Assembly: GCA_039808685.1 (NCBI GenBank) | Contig: JBDHTM010000014.1 | Span: 1,617-65,616, forward strand | Length of the DNA stretch: 64,000 nucleotides | Direction of reading: 5' to 3' | Origin: Bosea sp. (in: a-proteobacteria) | GTDB taxonomy: Bacteria; Pseudomonadota; Alphaproteobacteria; Rhizobiales; Beijerinckiaceae | In this document: piece by piece, positions 53,769 to 63,244 of the stretch | How the letters are laid out: every line of letters begins with the position of its first letter | Position numbering within the stretch: the first letter of the stretch is position 1 | Program-made: the position numbers and the translations under genes | Notes under the pieces: model-generated | Databases searched by the model: none | Told to the model about the DNA's origin: nothing | Seen by the model: the letters and a program-made list of their open reading frames with translations, nothing else

Positions 53769-53817
53769 GATCCTGCCTGCTCCATCCTCGTCATTGCCGC
53801 GCACTGATACGAAATGC

Positions 53818-53846
53818 TTGAAATCGCACCTGTGCGCCGTGCTATA
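53818..53846 (+). promoter_or_regulatory. Possible sigma70/RpoH-type promoter facing the alpha/beta hydrolase gene
   Basis: TTGAAA-N17-GCTATA. Confidence 0.4.
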
Positions 53847-53908
53847 GCCGCCCATCCGAACCGGCCGGAACGGTCGAAACGCGGTTCGCACAAGCGATCC
53901 ACCGTTTT

Positions 53909-53923
53909 GTTCTCGACTTGTTC
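53909..53923. promoter_or_regulatory. Alphaproteobacterial LexA (SOS) box
   Basis: GTTC-TCGACTT-GTTC is an exact GTTC-N7-GTTC direct repeat, and both halves are preceded by T. Confidence 0.55.
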
Positions 53924-53929
53924 ACGGCT

Positions 53930-53946
53930 GTTAGAACTATTCTAAG
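53930..53946. promoter_or_regulatory. Iron control element (ICE, Irr-binding site)
   Basis: gTTAGAA-CTA-TTCTAAg versus consensus TTTRGAA-N3-TTCYAAA, upstream of the suf genes. Confidence 0.75.
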
Positions 53947-54061
53947 CGCTCTTCATCTAGGGCGCGCATGGTGGCGCCGTCAAGGGTGGCCGGGTTTCGA
54001 GCAGGCATGCGCCCGCTTTCTGCCCGCCCGCGCCGGCACTGCCGCAAGAAGCGGTGAGACG

Positions 54062-54733
54062 ATGCCAGAGGTTATCTTCAACGGGCCGGCCGGCCGGATC
54101 GAGGGCCGCTACCAGCCTGCCAAGAAGCGCGGCGCGCCGCTCGCAATCATCCTGCACCCGCACCCGCAATTCGGCGGGACGATGAACAACCAGATCGTCT
54201 ACAACCTGTTCTACACCTTCGTGAACCGCGGGTTCTCGGCGTTGCGCTTCAATTTCCGCGGCGTCGGCCGCAGCCAGGGCCATTTCGACCATGGCGCCGG
54301 CGAGCTCTCGGACGCGGCCGCCGCGCTCGACTGGATGCAGGCGCTCAACCCCGAGGCCAAGAGCTGCTGGATCTCCGGCGTCTCCTTCGGCGCTTGGATC
54401 GGCATGCAGCTCCTGATGCGCCGCCCGGAGATCGAAGGCTTCCTCTCGATCGCGGCGATGGCCAACCGCTATGACTTCTCGTTCCTGGCGCCCTGCCCGT
54501 CCTCCGGCCTGTTCGTCCATGGCTCCGAGGATCGCGTCGCCCCGGTCAAGGAGGTGATGGCGGTGATCGAGAAGGTGAAGACCCAGAAGGGCATCCAGAT
54601 CGAGCATGCCGTCGTCGAGGGCGCGAACCACTTCTTCGACGGCCGCGTCGAGCAGCTGATGGAGCAAGTCGGCGTCTATCTCGACCGCAAGGTCGGGCCG
54701 GAGATCATCAAGACCGAGCAGGAACAGGTCTGA
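54062..54733 (+). CDS. Alpha/beta hydrolase divergent from the suf cluster
   Basis: MPEVIFNGPAGRIEGRY, HPHPQFGGTMNN, RFNFRGVGRS, GVSFG and GANHFF motifs. Confidence 0.92.
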   Translation: MPEVIFNGPAGRIEGRYQPAKKRGAPLAIILHPHPQFGGTMNNQIVYNLFYTFVNRGFSALRFNFRGVGRSQGHFDHGAGELSDAAAALDWMQALNPEAKSCWISGVSFGAWIGMQLLMRRPEIEGFLSIAAMANRYDFSFLAPCPSSGLFVHGSEDRVAPVKEVMAVIEKVKTQKGIQIEHAVVEGANHFFDGRVEQLMEQVGVYLDRKVGPEIIKTEQEQV

Positions 54734-54743
54734 GCCTGTCTTC

Positions 54744-55694
54744 TCAAGGCGATGCGCGCGTCAGCCCCCGGCTCGACGCCATGACGGGCAGCGTCATCTG
54801 CGCTGCCCGTGCCTCGGCCAGGATCCAGTCGCGAAACAGCCTGATCTTGCGCTCGCGCTGGCGCTCCGTCGGATAGACGACCCAATAAGCCCATTCGTCG
54901 CGTACGACATGCTCGACGGCATAGACCAGCCGTCCGGCAGCGATGTCATAGGCGAAGAGCTCCGGCACGGCCATCGCGACGCCATGGCCGCGCATCGCGG
55001 CCTGGACGCTCATCGCCTGCATCTCCAGCGACATCGACCGCGCGTTTCGCCGGGGCATGTCGAGGCCGAGATCGGCGAACCAGTCCTTCCATGCGCCCTC
55101 TTCGGCGCTGAGCATCGGCGCCCGCAACAGGTCCGCCGGCTCGCGCAATTGCAAGCGCTCGCGCAGTTCGGGCGAACAGAGCGGCGCGTAATGGCAATCG
55201 AACAGCTTCTCTGCCGTGACACCCGGCCATGAACCCGGCCCATAGCGCAGGGCGAGGTCGACGGCCTCCGTGCTAAAATCGACCAGATGCTGCGAGGTGC
55301 GGACACGCACGGCGAATTGCGGGTTCTCCATCTGGAACTGCGCCAATCGCGGCGACAGCCAGGTGATTGCCATCGTCTGCAACGAGGAGATCGTCAGGAC
55401 CGTCTGGTTCTCCTCGCAGATGTCGCGAAACACCGTCCCGATGTCGGAAAGCGCCTTGCCGACCGGCCCGGCCAGGCGCTGGCCGATCGCCGTCAGCACG
55501 ACCTGTCGCGGCTGGCGCAGGAAGAGCGGCGCCCCGACACGGTCCTCGAGCAAACGGATCTGATAGCTCACCGCCGCCTGCGTCATGCCGAGTTCCTCGG
55601 CGGCGCGGGTGAAGTTCTGGTGGCGTGCGGCAGCCTCGAAGACGCGGACCGCGGCAAGGGGCGGAAGCTTGGGCGGCGGCGGGTGCGAGGGCAT
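54744..55694 (-). CDS. LysR-family regulator (GcvA-like)
   Basis: LPPLAAVRVFEAAARHQNFTRAAEELGMTQAAVSYQIR, WLSPRL and DLALRYG motifs. Confidence 0.92.
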   Translation of the reverse strand: MPSHPPPPKLPPLAAVRVFEAAARHQNFTRAAEELGMTQAAVSYQIRLLEDRVGAPLFLRQPRQVVLTAIGQRLAGPVGKALSDIGTVFRDICEENQTVLTISSLQTMAITWLSPRLAQFQMENPQFAVRVRTSQHLVDFSTEAVDLALRYGPGSWPGVTAEKLFDCHYAPLCSPELRERLQLREPADLLRAPMLSAEEGAWKDWFADLGLDMPRRNARSMSLEMQAMSVQAAMRGHGVAMAVPELFAYDIAAGRLVYAVEHVVRDEWAYWVVYPTERQRERKIRLFRDWILAEARAAQMTLPVMASSRGLTRASP

Positions 55695-55701
55695 GTCCAA
55701 G

Positions 55702-55718
55702 CATAAGCCCTGTTTATG
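55702..55718. promoter_or_regulatory. LysR-type T-N11-A operator
   Basis: CATAAGCCCTGTTTATG dyad next to the LysR start, in the divergent promoter. Confidence 0.65.
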
Positions 55719-55815
55719 GCAGGTGGCAATCTTCCGCTTTGTCGCCGCGCCCCGTCTGGCTCAGATTCATCCTCACAAGGCGGGCGGTAGCGCCTGCCTC
55801 CGAGAGGATACCATC

Positions 55816-56043
55816 ATGACCTGCGCCTCCCACGCGGCGCCGCTGGACATGTCCGGCGGCTCGTCCCTTCCGCACGCCCTGTTCGCACTCTGGCAGCGCC
55901 ACACGGCCGCCATCCGCACACAGAGCCGGCTCGCGACGCTGGACGATCGCGCGCTCTGCGATCTCGGCCTCGTGCGCGATGTCGTCGAGCCACCGCACCC
56001 CCGCGACGCCGCCGACCTCTGGCTCAATCGCATTCCCGGATAA
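55816..56043 (+). CDS. DUF1127 domain small protein
   Basis: RBS GAGGA; WQRH...[21 protein letters not shown] fits the L-xx-LDD-xx-L-x-D-I/L-G-L-x-R pattern. Confidence 0.78.
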   Translation: MTCASHAAPLDMSGGSSLPHALFALWQRHTAAIRTQSRLATLDDRALCDLGLVRDVVEPPHPRDAADLWLNRIPG

Positions 56044-56138
56044 AACTGGAAGGGCTTTTGCCGCAAAAAGCGGTTTCCCCTTTGCGGCCCGATGCTCTAG
56101 ACGACGGCGGAACGACCTCCAGCAGATCGCAAGCCGCC

Positions 56139-57392
56139 ATGACCACCTACAAGTCCGATTTCCTGCGCGTGCTCGACGAGCGCGGCCTCATCCATCAGGT
56201 CTCCGATGCGGAGGGCCTCGATGCTCTGTGCCGGCAGGGAACCCAGACGGCCTATGTCGGCTATGACGCGACGGCGACCTCGATTCATATCGGCAACCTG
56301 ATCTCGCTGACGATGCTCTACTGGTTCCAGGAGACCGGCCACCGTCCGATCACGCTGATGGGCGGCGGCACCTCCATGGTTGGCGACCCCTCCTTCCGCG
56401 ACGACCAGCGCAAGCTGCTGACCGTCGAGGAGATCGCGACCAATATCGAGAGCATCAAGCGGGTCTTCGGCCGCATCCTGCGCTATGGCGAAGGGCCCAC
56501 CGATGCGATCATGGCCAACAATGCCGACTGGCTCCTGAAGCTGAACTATGTCGAGTTCCTGCGCGATGTCGGCCGGCATTTCTCGGTCAACCGCATGCTT
56601 TCCTTCGATTCGGTGAAGCTCAGGCTCGACCGCGAGCAGTCGCTGTCCTTCCTCGAATTCAACTACATGATCATGCAGGGCTACGACTTCGTCGAACTCA
56701 ACCGGCGCTATGGCTGCCGCCTGCAGATGGGCGGCTCCGACCAATGGGGCAACATCATCAACGGCGTCGATCTCTCGCACCGGATGGGCGGGCCGCAGCT
56801 CTACTGCCTGACGACGCCGCTGCTGACGACCTCGTCGGGCGCCAAGATGGGCAAGACCGCCAATGGCGCGGTCTGGCTCAATGCCGACGTCTTCAGCCCC
56901 TATGACTTCTGGCAGTATTTCCGCAATACCGAGGACGCCGATGTCGGCCGCTTCCTCAAGGTGTTCACCCGCCTGCCGATGGACGAGATCGCCCGGCTCG
57001 CCGCGCTCGGCGGCGCCGAGTTGAACGAGGCAAAGAAGGTCCTCGCCACCGAGATCACCGCGATCGTGCACGGCCGCGAGGCGGCGGAGGCGGCGGCCGA
57101 GACCGCTCGCAAGACCTTCGAGGAAGGCGGCCTCGCCGCCGACCTGCCGAGCGTCGCGATCGCGCGGGCCGAAATCGAGCCGGGCATCGGCGTGCTCACA
57201 GCCTTCGTGAAGGCGGGGCTGGTGCCCTCGACCGGCGAGGCTCGCCGTCAGGTCAAGGCCGGCGGCTTGCGCGTCAACGATGTGGTCGTGATAGACGAGC
57301 GCGCCGCGCTCGGCCCCGGCGATCTCACCTCGGAAGGCGTGATCAAGCTCTCCTTCGGCAAGAAGAAGCACATCCTGCTGCGCCCGGAGTAA
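56139..57392 (+). CDS. tyrS: Tyrosine--tRNA ligase
   Basis: [22 protein letters not shown] and KMGKT motifs; C-terminal S4 domain. Confidence 0.96.
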   Translation: MTTYKSDFLRVLDERGLIHQVSDAEGLDALCRQGTQTAYVGYDATATSIHIGNLISLTMLYWFQETGHRPITLMGGGTSMVGDPSFRDDQRKLLTVEEIATNIESIKRVFGRILRYGEGPTDAIMANNADWLLKLNYVEFLRDVGRHFSVNRMLSFDSVKLRLDREQSLSFLEFNYMIMQGYDFVELNRRYGCRLQMGGSDQWGNIINGVDLSHRMGGPQLYCLTTPLLTTSSGAKMGKTANGAVWLNADVFSPYDFWQYFRNTEDADVGRFLKVFTRLPMDEIARLAALGGAELNEAKKVLATEITAIVHGREAAEAAAETARKTFEEGGLAADLPSVAIARAEIEPGIGVLTAFVKAGLVPSTGEARRQVKAGGLRVNDVVVIDERAALGPGDLTSEGVIKLSFGKKKHILLRPE

Positions 57393-57443
57393 GCGCGCCG
57401 CGGCAGCGCTGCCGCTCCATAGGGCGTGTGCTACAGGGCGCGT

Positions 57444-57576
57444 GTCATCCCGCACGCGCTGCGGCATGTAATGCCGCGGCGCAGATGCGGGACCGTCCTC
57501 CGGAAAAGGCGCCTTCTCGTCACACGGTCCCGTGTCTGCGGCGCAACGCTGCGCGCTGCACTGCGCACGGGATGAC
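57444..57576. repeat. GTCAT...ATGAC palindromic repeat between convergent genes
   Basis: GTCATCCCGCACGC...GCAGATGCGGGACCGT...ACGGTCCCGTGTCTGC...GCACGGGATGAC. Confidence 0.82.
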
Positions 57577-57582
57577 AGGCGA

Positions 57583-60500
57583 TTAGCGCGGCTGCGTCTG
57601 CCGCGGCTGGACCGGTCGTTGCGCCGGCGCGCCGCCGAGCGGATCGACGAAGCGGCGCAGGATGCCTGGCGCCAGGGCCGACAACGGGTTGATCGACATG
57701 GTCGGCGCGCTCGCCGCACCCGAGATTCGGAAGTTCACGGCGAAGAGCCCGCCATACTGGCTGCCGCCGCCGAGCAGCGCCCCGACGACCGGCACCTGCG
57801 CGAAGGCGTTGTTGAAGGCATAGCCCGGCACGAAGGTGCCGCCGATATCGACGCGATCACGCCCGTAATCGACATGGCCCTGCAAGGTGAAGCCGACCTG
57901 CTGGCCCCAGATCACCATGTCGGAAACGTCGAGCCTGCTGGCGGAGCGCGTGAATTCGGCCTTGAGCTTGGTGAAGGCGACTTCGCTGACATCGATGCGC
58001 GGCTCGGCCGGGCCATCGCCCGTAAAGGCGCTCGCCGGCTGCGAGGCGACCACGCGGCGCAGCGCGGGTTCGTCCCGGACCAGGAAATTGCGGAACAGCA
58101 GCTCGCCGCTCTGACTCTCGCCCGGCCCCAGTGTGAGCGTGAGATCGCCGCCATAGGCCTTATTGTAGAGATCGAGGAAGCGCAGCAGCGACCCGCCATT
58201 CTCCGACTGCACGACCAACTTCCCGCCCTCCCCCTGGCGGCCCTGCCGGACCGAGACATCGGCCTTGCCGATCCGGCCCTGGAAATTGGCCGAACGGATT
58301 TCGCCGCCGCGCTTGGAGAATTTCAGCGCGCCGCTGGTGATCGCCTCGTTGTTGAAGCCCGTCAGGATCGGAACGTCGAGATCGACGTCGTAATCGCCGC
58401 CCTTGCCTCCGGCCTTGTCGCCCTTACCGGCTGCGCCTGGGCTTTGCAAATCCTTGATGAAGGGACGCAGATCGGCGACTGCGCCGCGCACGACGAGCTT
58501 GACGACATTGCCGTCCCGTTTCGCATCGATCTTCAGGTTGTCGCCGGGCGACAGGCGGAATTGCGAGAAGTTCGCGGCATCCAGCCCATTCTGCTTGTTC
58601 AGCTCGATGCGCCCCTTGATCAGGGCCGAGCCCGCCTCGAACGAGAAATCCTCGAGGTCGGGACCGTCCGCATCCAGGACATAAATGAAACTGACCTTGC
58701 CGGGCCGCCCGGCCGGCTTGTTCAATCCGGGCAGGACACCGTCGAGCGCGACCTTGGCGAGGTCGATCTCGACACGGGGTGGCAGTTCCGGGGTCTTGCC
58801 GAGCGACTTCGTCACCTTCACCGGCAATGTCCCGGAAATCCCGGTGTCGCTGCCGAAACCACGCCGCTGCCGCGCGGCCGCATCGAGCGCGAGCTGCAAT
58901 GTCGCCTCGCCCTGGCCTTTGCCGTTCTGCTTGAGCTCGACCTGCGCCTTGTCGCCGCCGATCCGTGCGTCGCCGCGCAGCGACAGCCCGTTGCGGTCGA
59001 GATTGACGGCGAAACTGCCGGCATCGAGCTTTTCCGTGCCCAGCAATGTGTCCGACGCCACGCCTGCGAGCGACCCGGTGCCGGTCACGACGACCTCCTC
59101 CGGCTTCAGGTCGTCGGCGAGCGGCAGGGTGATGCCGACCTTCAGGTCGCTCGTGCCCTTGATCGCCGCCGGATCGATCTTGCCGGGGTTGAACTCCTTC
59201 AGGGCCGGAAACGCGAACAGCGCCGCCAGCGCGTCCATCGAGCCGACAGAGCGGAAGCCGATCCGGGCCTGCGCGCGGTGCACATGATAATCGGGCATCG
59301 CGAAGCTGCCCTCGCTCAGCTGGAGCTGGCGGCCGCCGCCGAGCTCGGCCGTCGCCTTGCCGATGGCGAGTTGGACGGTGCGCCCGCCGACGCGCCCGGT
59401 CACGGTCGCATCGGTCAATGGCGGCAGGCCGGGATCGGGCAGGTAGCGCACCCGGTCGGCATCGATGATCACCGAGAGCGCGCCGTCCGGCATGCCCTCG
59501 CCCCTGAGCAGGCGGGCGTGATCCTCCGGCGCCAGGTCGAGATCGACCGACAGCGCCTTGATGCGTCCGGCCACGAGCTGCCGCCGCAGCGTATCGTGCA
59601 CCTGCTGCGAGGTGAAGCCGGGCCAGATCGCGAGCAACGCGCGCGAATCGGAATTGGCAGCCTTGATCGCGAAGCGCTGCAATGGCGAGTTGCCCACGCG
59701 CTGGACGAAGGCCGTCATGTCGACTGAAGCGGCCGGCCCGCGCAGTGAAGCCGAATCGATCGTCACGGCATTGTTGCTCGGGTCGAGCTTCAGCGCGGCT
59801 TTCAGGCTGTCGATCCGGATCGGCGGATCGGCATCGACCCCGGCAAGCTGGCCATTGGCATCGAGTGCGATGCGCCAGCCGCCATTGTCCTCGCGCAGCG
59901 AGCCTGTCGCGACGAAATGCGTCGCGCCGGCCTTGATCTCGCCGCGCACGATATTGAGCTCGGAGAGGTTGGCACCGCTCGCCACGTCAAGATCGGCCGA
60001 ATCCACGGCGAAGGACGAAATCGGGCTTTCCGGAAAGCGCAGTGTGCCGGATCGCACCCCGACCCGCGCGGTGATCGACTTCTTGCCGTCCGGTGACTGT
60101 TTCAGGGTCGCGTGTCCCTGGATTGGCAAGCCCTCGACCAGGACGCCGGAGGTTCCGAAGGCGAGTGCGACGGCTTCCGCAGGCTCGAAGCGCAGGATGT
60201 CGATATCGGCGCGCTGCGTGCCGTCGGTCTCGGTCGACATATCGACCGCCAGTTCCTTCCAGCGTTGCCCGGTCCGCCCCTTCATCGTCATCCGCGTGCC
60301 GCGATCGGCGATGCGGGTCAGCTTGATCTCGACATCCTCCAGCCCGGCCTTCTGGCGCCCGTCGGGGTCGACCAGCGAGAGCCGCGCGCCGTTGATGCCG
60401 GCCTCCTCCAGAGCGCCGAGAAGGCCATCACCGCGCGCCAGGGTCGAAATCGCGCTCATGATTCCGGTGAAGGCGTTCCATTGCGCCGCATCGGGCACGC

Positions 60501-61017
60501 TCGGCTGCGGCGGCGTCTCGGCCGGCGCCGAATCCGCGTTGATGACGAGTGCGCCGTCCTTGCTGACCCCGAGGCGGACATTGACGCCGCGCAGATCGAC
60601 CGAGACGAGCTTGATCTCGCCCTGGAGCAAAGCCATCGGCGCGTAGCCCAGGACGGCTTCAGGCGCGCGGATCACAGCGCCGCTGGTATGCTGGAACGAG
60701 ACCTGCCGGACCCTGAGCTGGGAATGCCCGTCGATGCGGCCGAGTTCGGCGGAAGCCGCCGTGACCTTCCAGTCCGGACCGAGGCGCTCCTCGATGGCGG
60801 CGGTGATGCGCCCTTCGAAACCCGAAAGCGGAATGATGCCGGTGACCAGCAGCGTCGCGGCAGCACCGGCGAGCACCAGCACCGCGACCGTGACAGCGAC
60901 GCAGATGGTGGCGAGACCAGCCTTGGCACGCCGCGTCACGATCTCGACATCGCAGGCGTCGCTCGGGGACGAGATATCTTGTCCCGCAGCCACAGCCTTT
61001 GCTTCCTGGTCCGACAA
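57583..61017 (-). CDS. Large AsmA-like / YhdP (DUF3971-type) envelope protein
   Basis: One N-terminal TM segment, a long beta-rich body and C-terminal GTFVPGYAFNNAFAQVPVVG...INPLSALAPGILRRF; tyrS-bcp neighbourhood. Confidence 0.8.
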   Translation of the reverse strand: MSDQEAKAVAAGQDISSPSDACDVEIVTRRAKAGLATICVAVTVAVLVLAGAAATLLVTGIIPLSGFEGRITAAIEERLGPDWKVTAASAELGRIDGHSQLRVRQVSFQHTSGAVIRAPEAVLGYAPMALLQGEIKLVSVDLRGVNVRLGVSKDGALVINADSAPAETPPQPSVPDAAQWNAFTGIMSAISTLARGDGLLGALEEAGINGARLSLVDPDGRQKAGLEDVEIKLTRIADRGTRMTMKGRTGQRWKELAVDMSTETDGTQRADIDILRFEPAEAVALAFGTSGVLVEGLPIQGHATLKQSPDGKKSITARVGVRSGTLRFPESPISSFAVDSADLDVASGANLSELNIVRGEIKAGATHFVATGSLREDNGGWRIALDANGQLAGVDADPPIRIDSLKAALKLDPSNNAVTIDSASLRGPAASVDMTAFVQRVGNSPLQRFAIKAANSDSRALLAIWPGFTSQQVHDTLRRQLVAGRIKALSVDLDLAPEDHARLLRGEGMPDGALSVIIDADRVRYLPDPGLPPLTDATVTGRVGGRTVQLAIGKATAELGGGRQLQLSEGSFAMPDYHVHRAQARIGFRSVGSMDALAALFAFPALKEFNPGKIDPAAIKGTSDLKVGITLPLADDLKPEEVVVTGTGSLAGVASDTLLGTEKLDAGSFAVNLDRNGLSLRGDARIGGDKAQVELKQNGKGQGEATLQLALDAAARQRRGFGSDTGISGTLPVKVTKSLGKTPELPPRVEIDLAKVALDGVLPGLNKPAGRPGKVSFIYVLDADGPDLEDFSFEAGSALIKGRIELNKQNGLDAANFSQFRLSPGDNLKIDAKRDGNVVKLVVRGAVADLRPFIKDLQSPGAAGKGDKAGGKGGDYDVDLDVPILTGFNNEAITSGALKFSKRGGEIRSANFQGRIGKADVSVRQGRQGEGGKLVVQSENGGSLLRFLDLYNKAYGGDLTLTLGPGESQSGELLFRNFLVRDEPALRRVVASQPASAFTGDGPAEPRIDVSEVAFTKLKAEFTRSASRLDVSDMVIWGQQVGFTLQGHVDYGRDRVDIGGTFVPGYAFNNAFAQVPVVGALLGGGSQYGGLFAVNFRISGAASAPTMSINPLSALAPGILRRFVDPLGGAPAQRPVQPRQTQPR

Positions 61018-61250
61018 AATCCGCGTGGTCCTCTTCTGCGCCTGCGCCGGTTCCTGTCAGGGTGCGGCCGATCGCCCCTTGCTGCAATCCCGCAAGGCAG
61101 CATGCATGTCGATGTGGTCAGGCGAAGCGATTCGGCAATCCGCAAACGGGAAGCACCCGACGATTCGTCGGCTACTGCCGTGAGCCGGCGCGCCATGCCG
61201 GATCGCGGGCTCCCATGCAGTGAGAACACGACGAAAGGAAGGCAGCGGCC

Positions 61251-61715
61251 ATGGCTTTGCAGGAAGGCGACAAGGCACCCGATTTCACGCTACCGCGCGA
61301 TGGCGGAGGCGACATCAGCCTCGGCGCACTCCGCGGTCGCAAAATCGTGCTCTACGCCTATCCGAAGGACAACACCCCGGCCTGCACCGAGGAGGCGCTC
61401 GCCTTCAACCGCCTGCGCCGGGAATTCGCCGCCTGTGACACCGAAATCATCGGCGTCTCACCCGATTCGGCGAAGAAGCACGGCAATTTCAAGCGCAAAT
61501 ACGAGCTCGACTTCCCGCTCATGGCCGACGAGGCGCAGGCCCTGGCGAACGCCTATGGCATCTGGGTCGAAAAGAGCATGTACGGCCGCCGCTATATGGG
61601 CGTCGAGCGCTCGACCTTCCTGATCGACGCCGACGGGCGCCTCGCCCGCATCTGGCGCAAGGTGAAGGTCGCCGGCCATGCCGAGGAAGTCCTCGCCGCG
61701 GCGCAGGCGCTTTGA
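61251..61715 (+). CDS. bcp: Peroxiredoxin Bcp
   Basis: GDKAPDF, YPKDNTPACTEEA, GVSPD and ERSTFLID motifs. Confidence 0.92.
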   Translation: MALQEGDKAPDFTLPRDGGGDISLGALRGRKIVLYAYPKDNTPACTEEALAFNRLRREFAACDTEIIGVSPDSAKKHGNFKRKYELDFPLMADEAQALANAYGIWVEKSMYGRRYMGVERSTFLIDADGRLARIWRKVKVAGHAEEVLAAAQAL

Positions 61716-61819
61716 CGTTCCAGACCATTGCAGAGGCGCTGCGCGGGTCGGAATTTGCGAAAGATTAACCCTAACAATGTCTGATGACGGTATCGGCAGC
61801 GTTATTACCGGTTCCGCGT

Positions 61820-63124
61820 ATGTATCATCAGTCCCAGACGGCTCCCGCCCTTCCGACCATCGGTCTTGTCGCCCACAAGGCCTATACGGTGCGCCGCTCC
61901 ACGATGCTGGCCGGACTGGCGTGGCTGACCCTGAGCACAGCCTGCAGCGGCGCCGCCGGCTGGTACATTCTCAGCCGCGACGACCTTGCTGCCCGTCTGA
62001 TCGCCCGCGAAACGACGCGCCAATACGCCTATGAGGATCGTATCTCCGCGCTGAGGGCGGACATCGATCGCTATGCCAGCCGCGCCCTCCTCGACCAGGA
62101 CGGGGTGGAATCGCGGGTCGACGAGCTCGCCAGCCGGCAGGCGGAGCTGGAATCGCGCCAATCGCTGGTTGCTGCTCTTACCGACACCATGCAGTCCAAC
62201 GGCCTGATGCCGGCGGCCGCAAAGCTGCCCCTGCGCTCCCAGGTCATCAAGCCCGGCGAGCCGATCCGCGCCTCCGGCGTGACCAGCTTCGCCCCGATCC
62301 TGCCGAGCAAGCCGACGCCGGCCCCCGAAGTGCCCTCACTGCGCGGCGCCGACGGCGGCGGCTGGCAGTCCGGCGAGACGCCGCCCGAGCCGCCGGCCAA
62401 GCGCGTCGATGCGGCGCTGACCAAGCTCGACGGCGCCATGACCCGGACGTCCGACGCCCAGCTCGCGGCGCTGAAGGACATGGACGAAGCCCTGGCAGCG
62501 ACCCAGAAGCGGCTGCGCAGCGCGCTTGCCGAGACCGGACTCGATGCCGAGCGCCTCGCCGCGCCTGCGACAGCCGCCGGCGGCATGGGCGGTCCCTTCG
62601 TGCCGGTGAAGCTCGACTCGTCGGATGGCGCCTTCGCCGCAACCCTCAATGCCCTCCAGCCACGCATGGCTTCGGTCATCCGCCTGCGCAGCGTGGTCGA
62701 TCAACTGCCGCTGGCGCGACCGATGGCTGGCGATCACGACTTCACCTCGAATTTCGGTTACCGCACCGATCCGTTCACCCGCGGCCTCGCCATGCATACC
62801 GGTGTCGATTTCCGCGCCGAGACCGGCTCGCAGATCTTCGCCACGGCACCGGGCAAGGTCGTGGCTGCCGAATACAATGGCGGCTACGGCAACATGGTCG
62901 AAGTCGAGCATGCCAATGGCCTGAGCACCCGCTACGCCCATATGTCGGCGATCCTGGTGACGACCGGTCAGATGGTGAAGACCGGCACCGTGGTCGGCCG
63001 GGTCGGCACCACCGGGCGCTCGACCGGCCCGCACCTGCATTACGAAACCCGCATAAATGACGAGCCGGTCGATCCGACCCGCTTCCTGCGCGCTGGCGGC
63101 AAATTGCTCGCAAACGCGCTCTGA
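61820..63124 (+). CDS. M23-family (LytM) peptidoglycan endopeptidase with TM segment and coiled coil
   Basis: HTGVD (HxxxD), GGYGNMVEVEH, TRYAHM and STGPHLHYE. Start uncertain (61784-61820). Confidence 0.9.
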   Translation: MYHQSQTAPALPTIGLVAHKAYTVRRSTMLAGLAWLTLSTACSGAAGWYILSRDDLAARLIARETTRQYAYEDRISALRADIDRYASRALLDQDGVESRVDELASRQAELESRQSLVAALTDTMQSNGLMPAAAKLPLRSQVIKPGEPIRASGVTSFAPILPSKPTPAPEVPSLRGADGGGWQSGETPPEPPAKRVDAALTKLDGAMTRTSDAQLAALKDMDEALAATQKRLRSALAETGLDAERLAAPATAAGGMGGPFVPVKLDSSDGAFAATLNALQPRMASVIRLRSVVDQLPLARPMAGDHDFTSNFGYRTDPFTRGLAMHTGVDFRAETGSQIFATAPGKVVAAEYNGGYGNMVEVEHANGLSTRYAHMSAILVTTGQMVKTGTVVGRVGTTGRSTGPHLHYETRINDEPVDPTRFLRAGGKLLANAL

Positions 63125-63140
63125 CGGTCCTGCCCGGAAC

Positions 63141-63171
63141 GAAAAAGGCCGCGCTCAAGCGCGGCCTTTTC
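63141..63171. terminator. Bidirectional intrinsic terminator
   Basis: GAAAAAGGCCGCGCT-ca-AGCGCGGCCTTTTC between convergent genes. Confidence 0.85.
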
Positions 63172-63193
63172 TGTTGGTTTCACGCAGAACCAC

Positions 63194-63226
63194 GCCGTTA
63201 TTCCTCGCTTGACCGGGAATGACGGC
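63194..63226. repeat. Collapsed CGTC-type REP hairpin
   Basis: GCCGTTATTCC-tcgcttgaccg-GGAATGACGGC. Confidence 0.55.
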
Positions 63227-63244
63227 GCGTTTCCGGGATGCGCG

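Noticed and set aside
56044-56138. Cuckoo/CcsR-type sRNA downstream of the DUF1127 gene
   Set aside because: No CCTCCTCCC loop motifs are visible in the gap.
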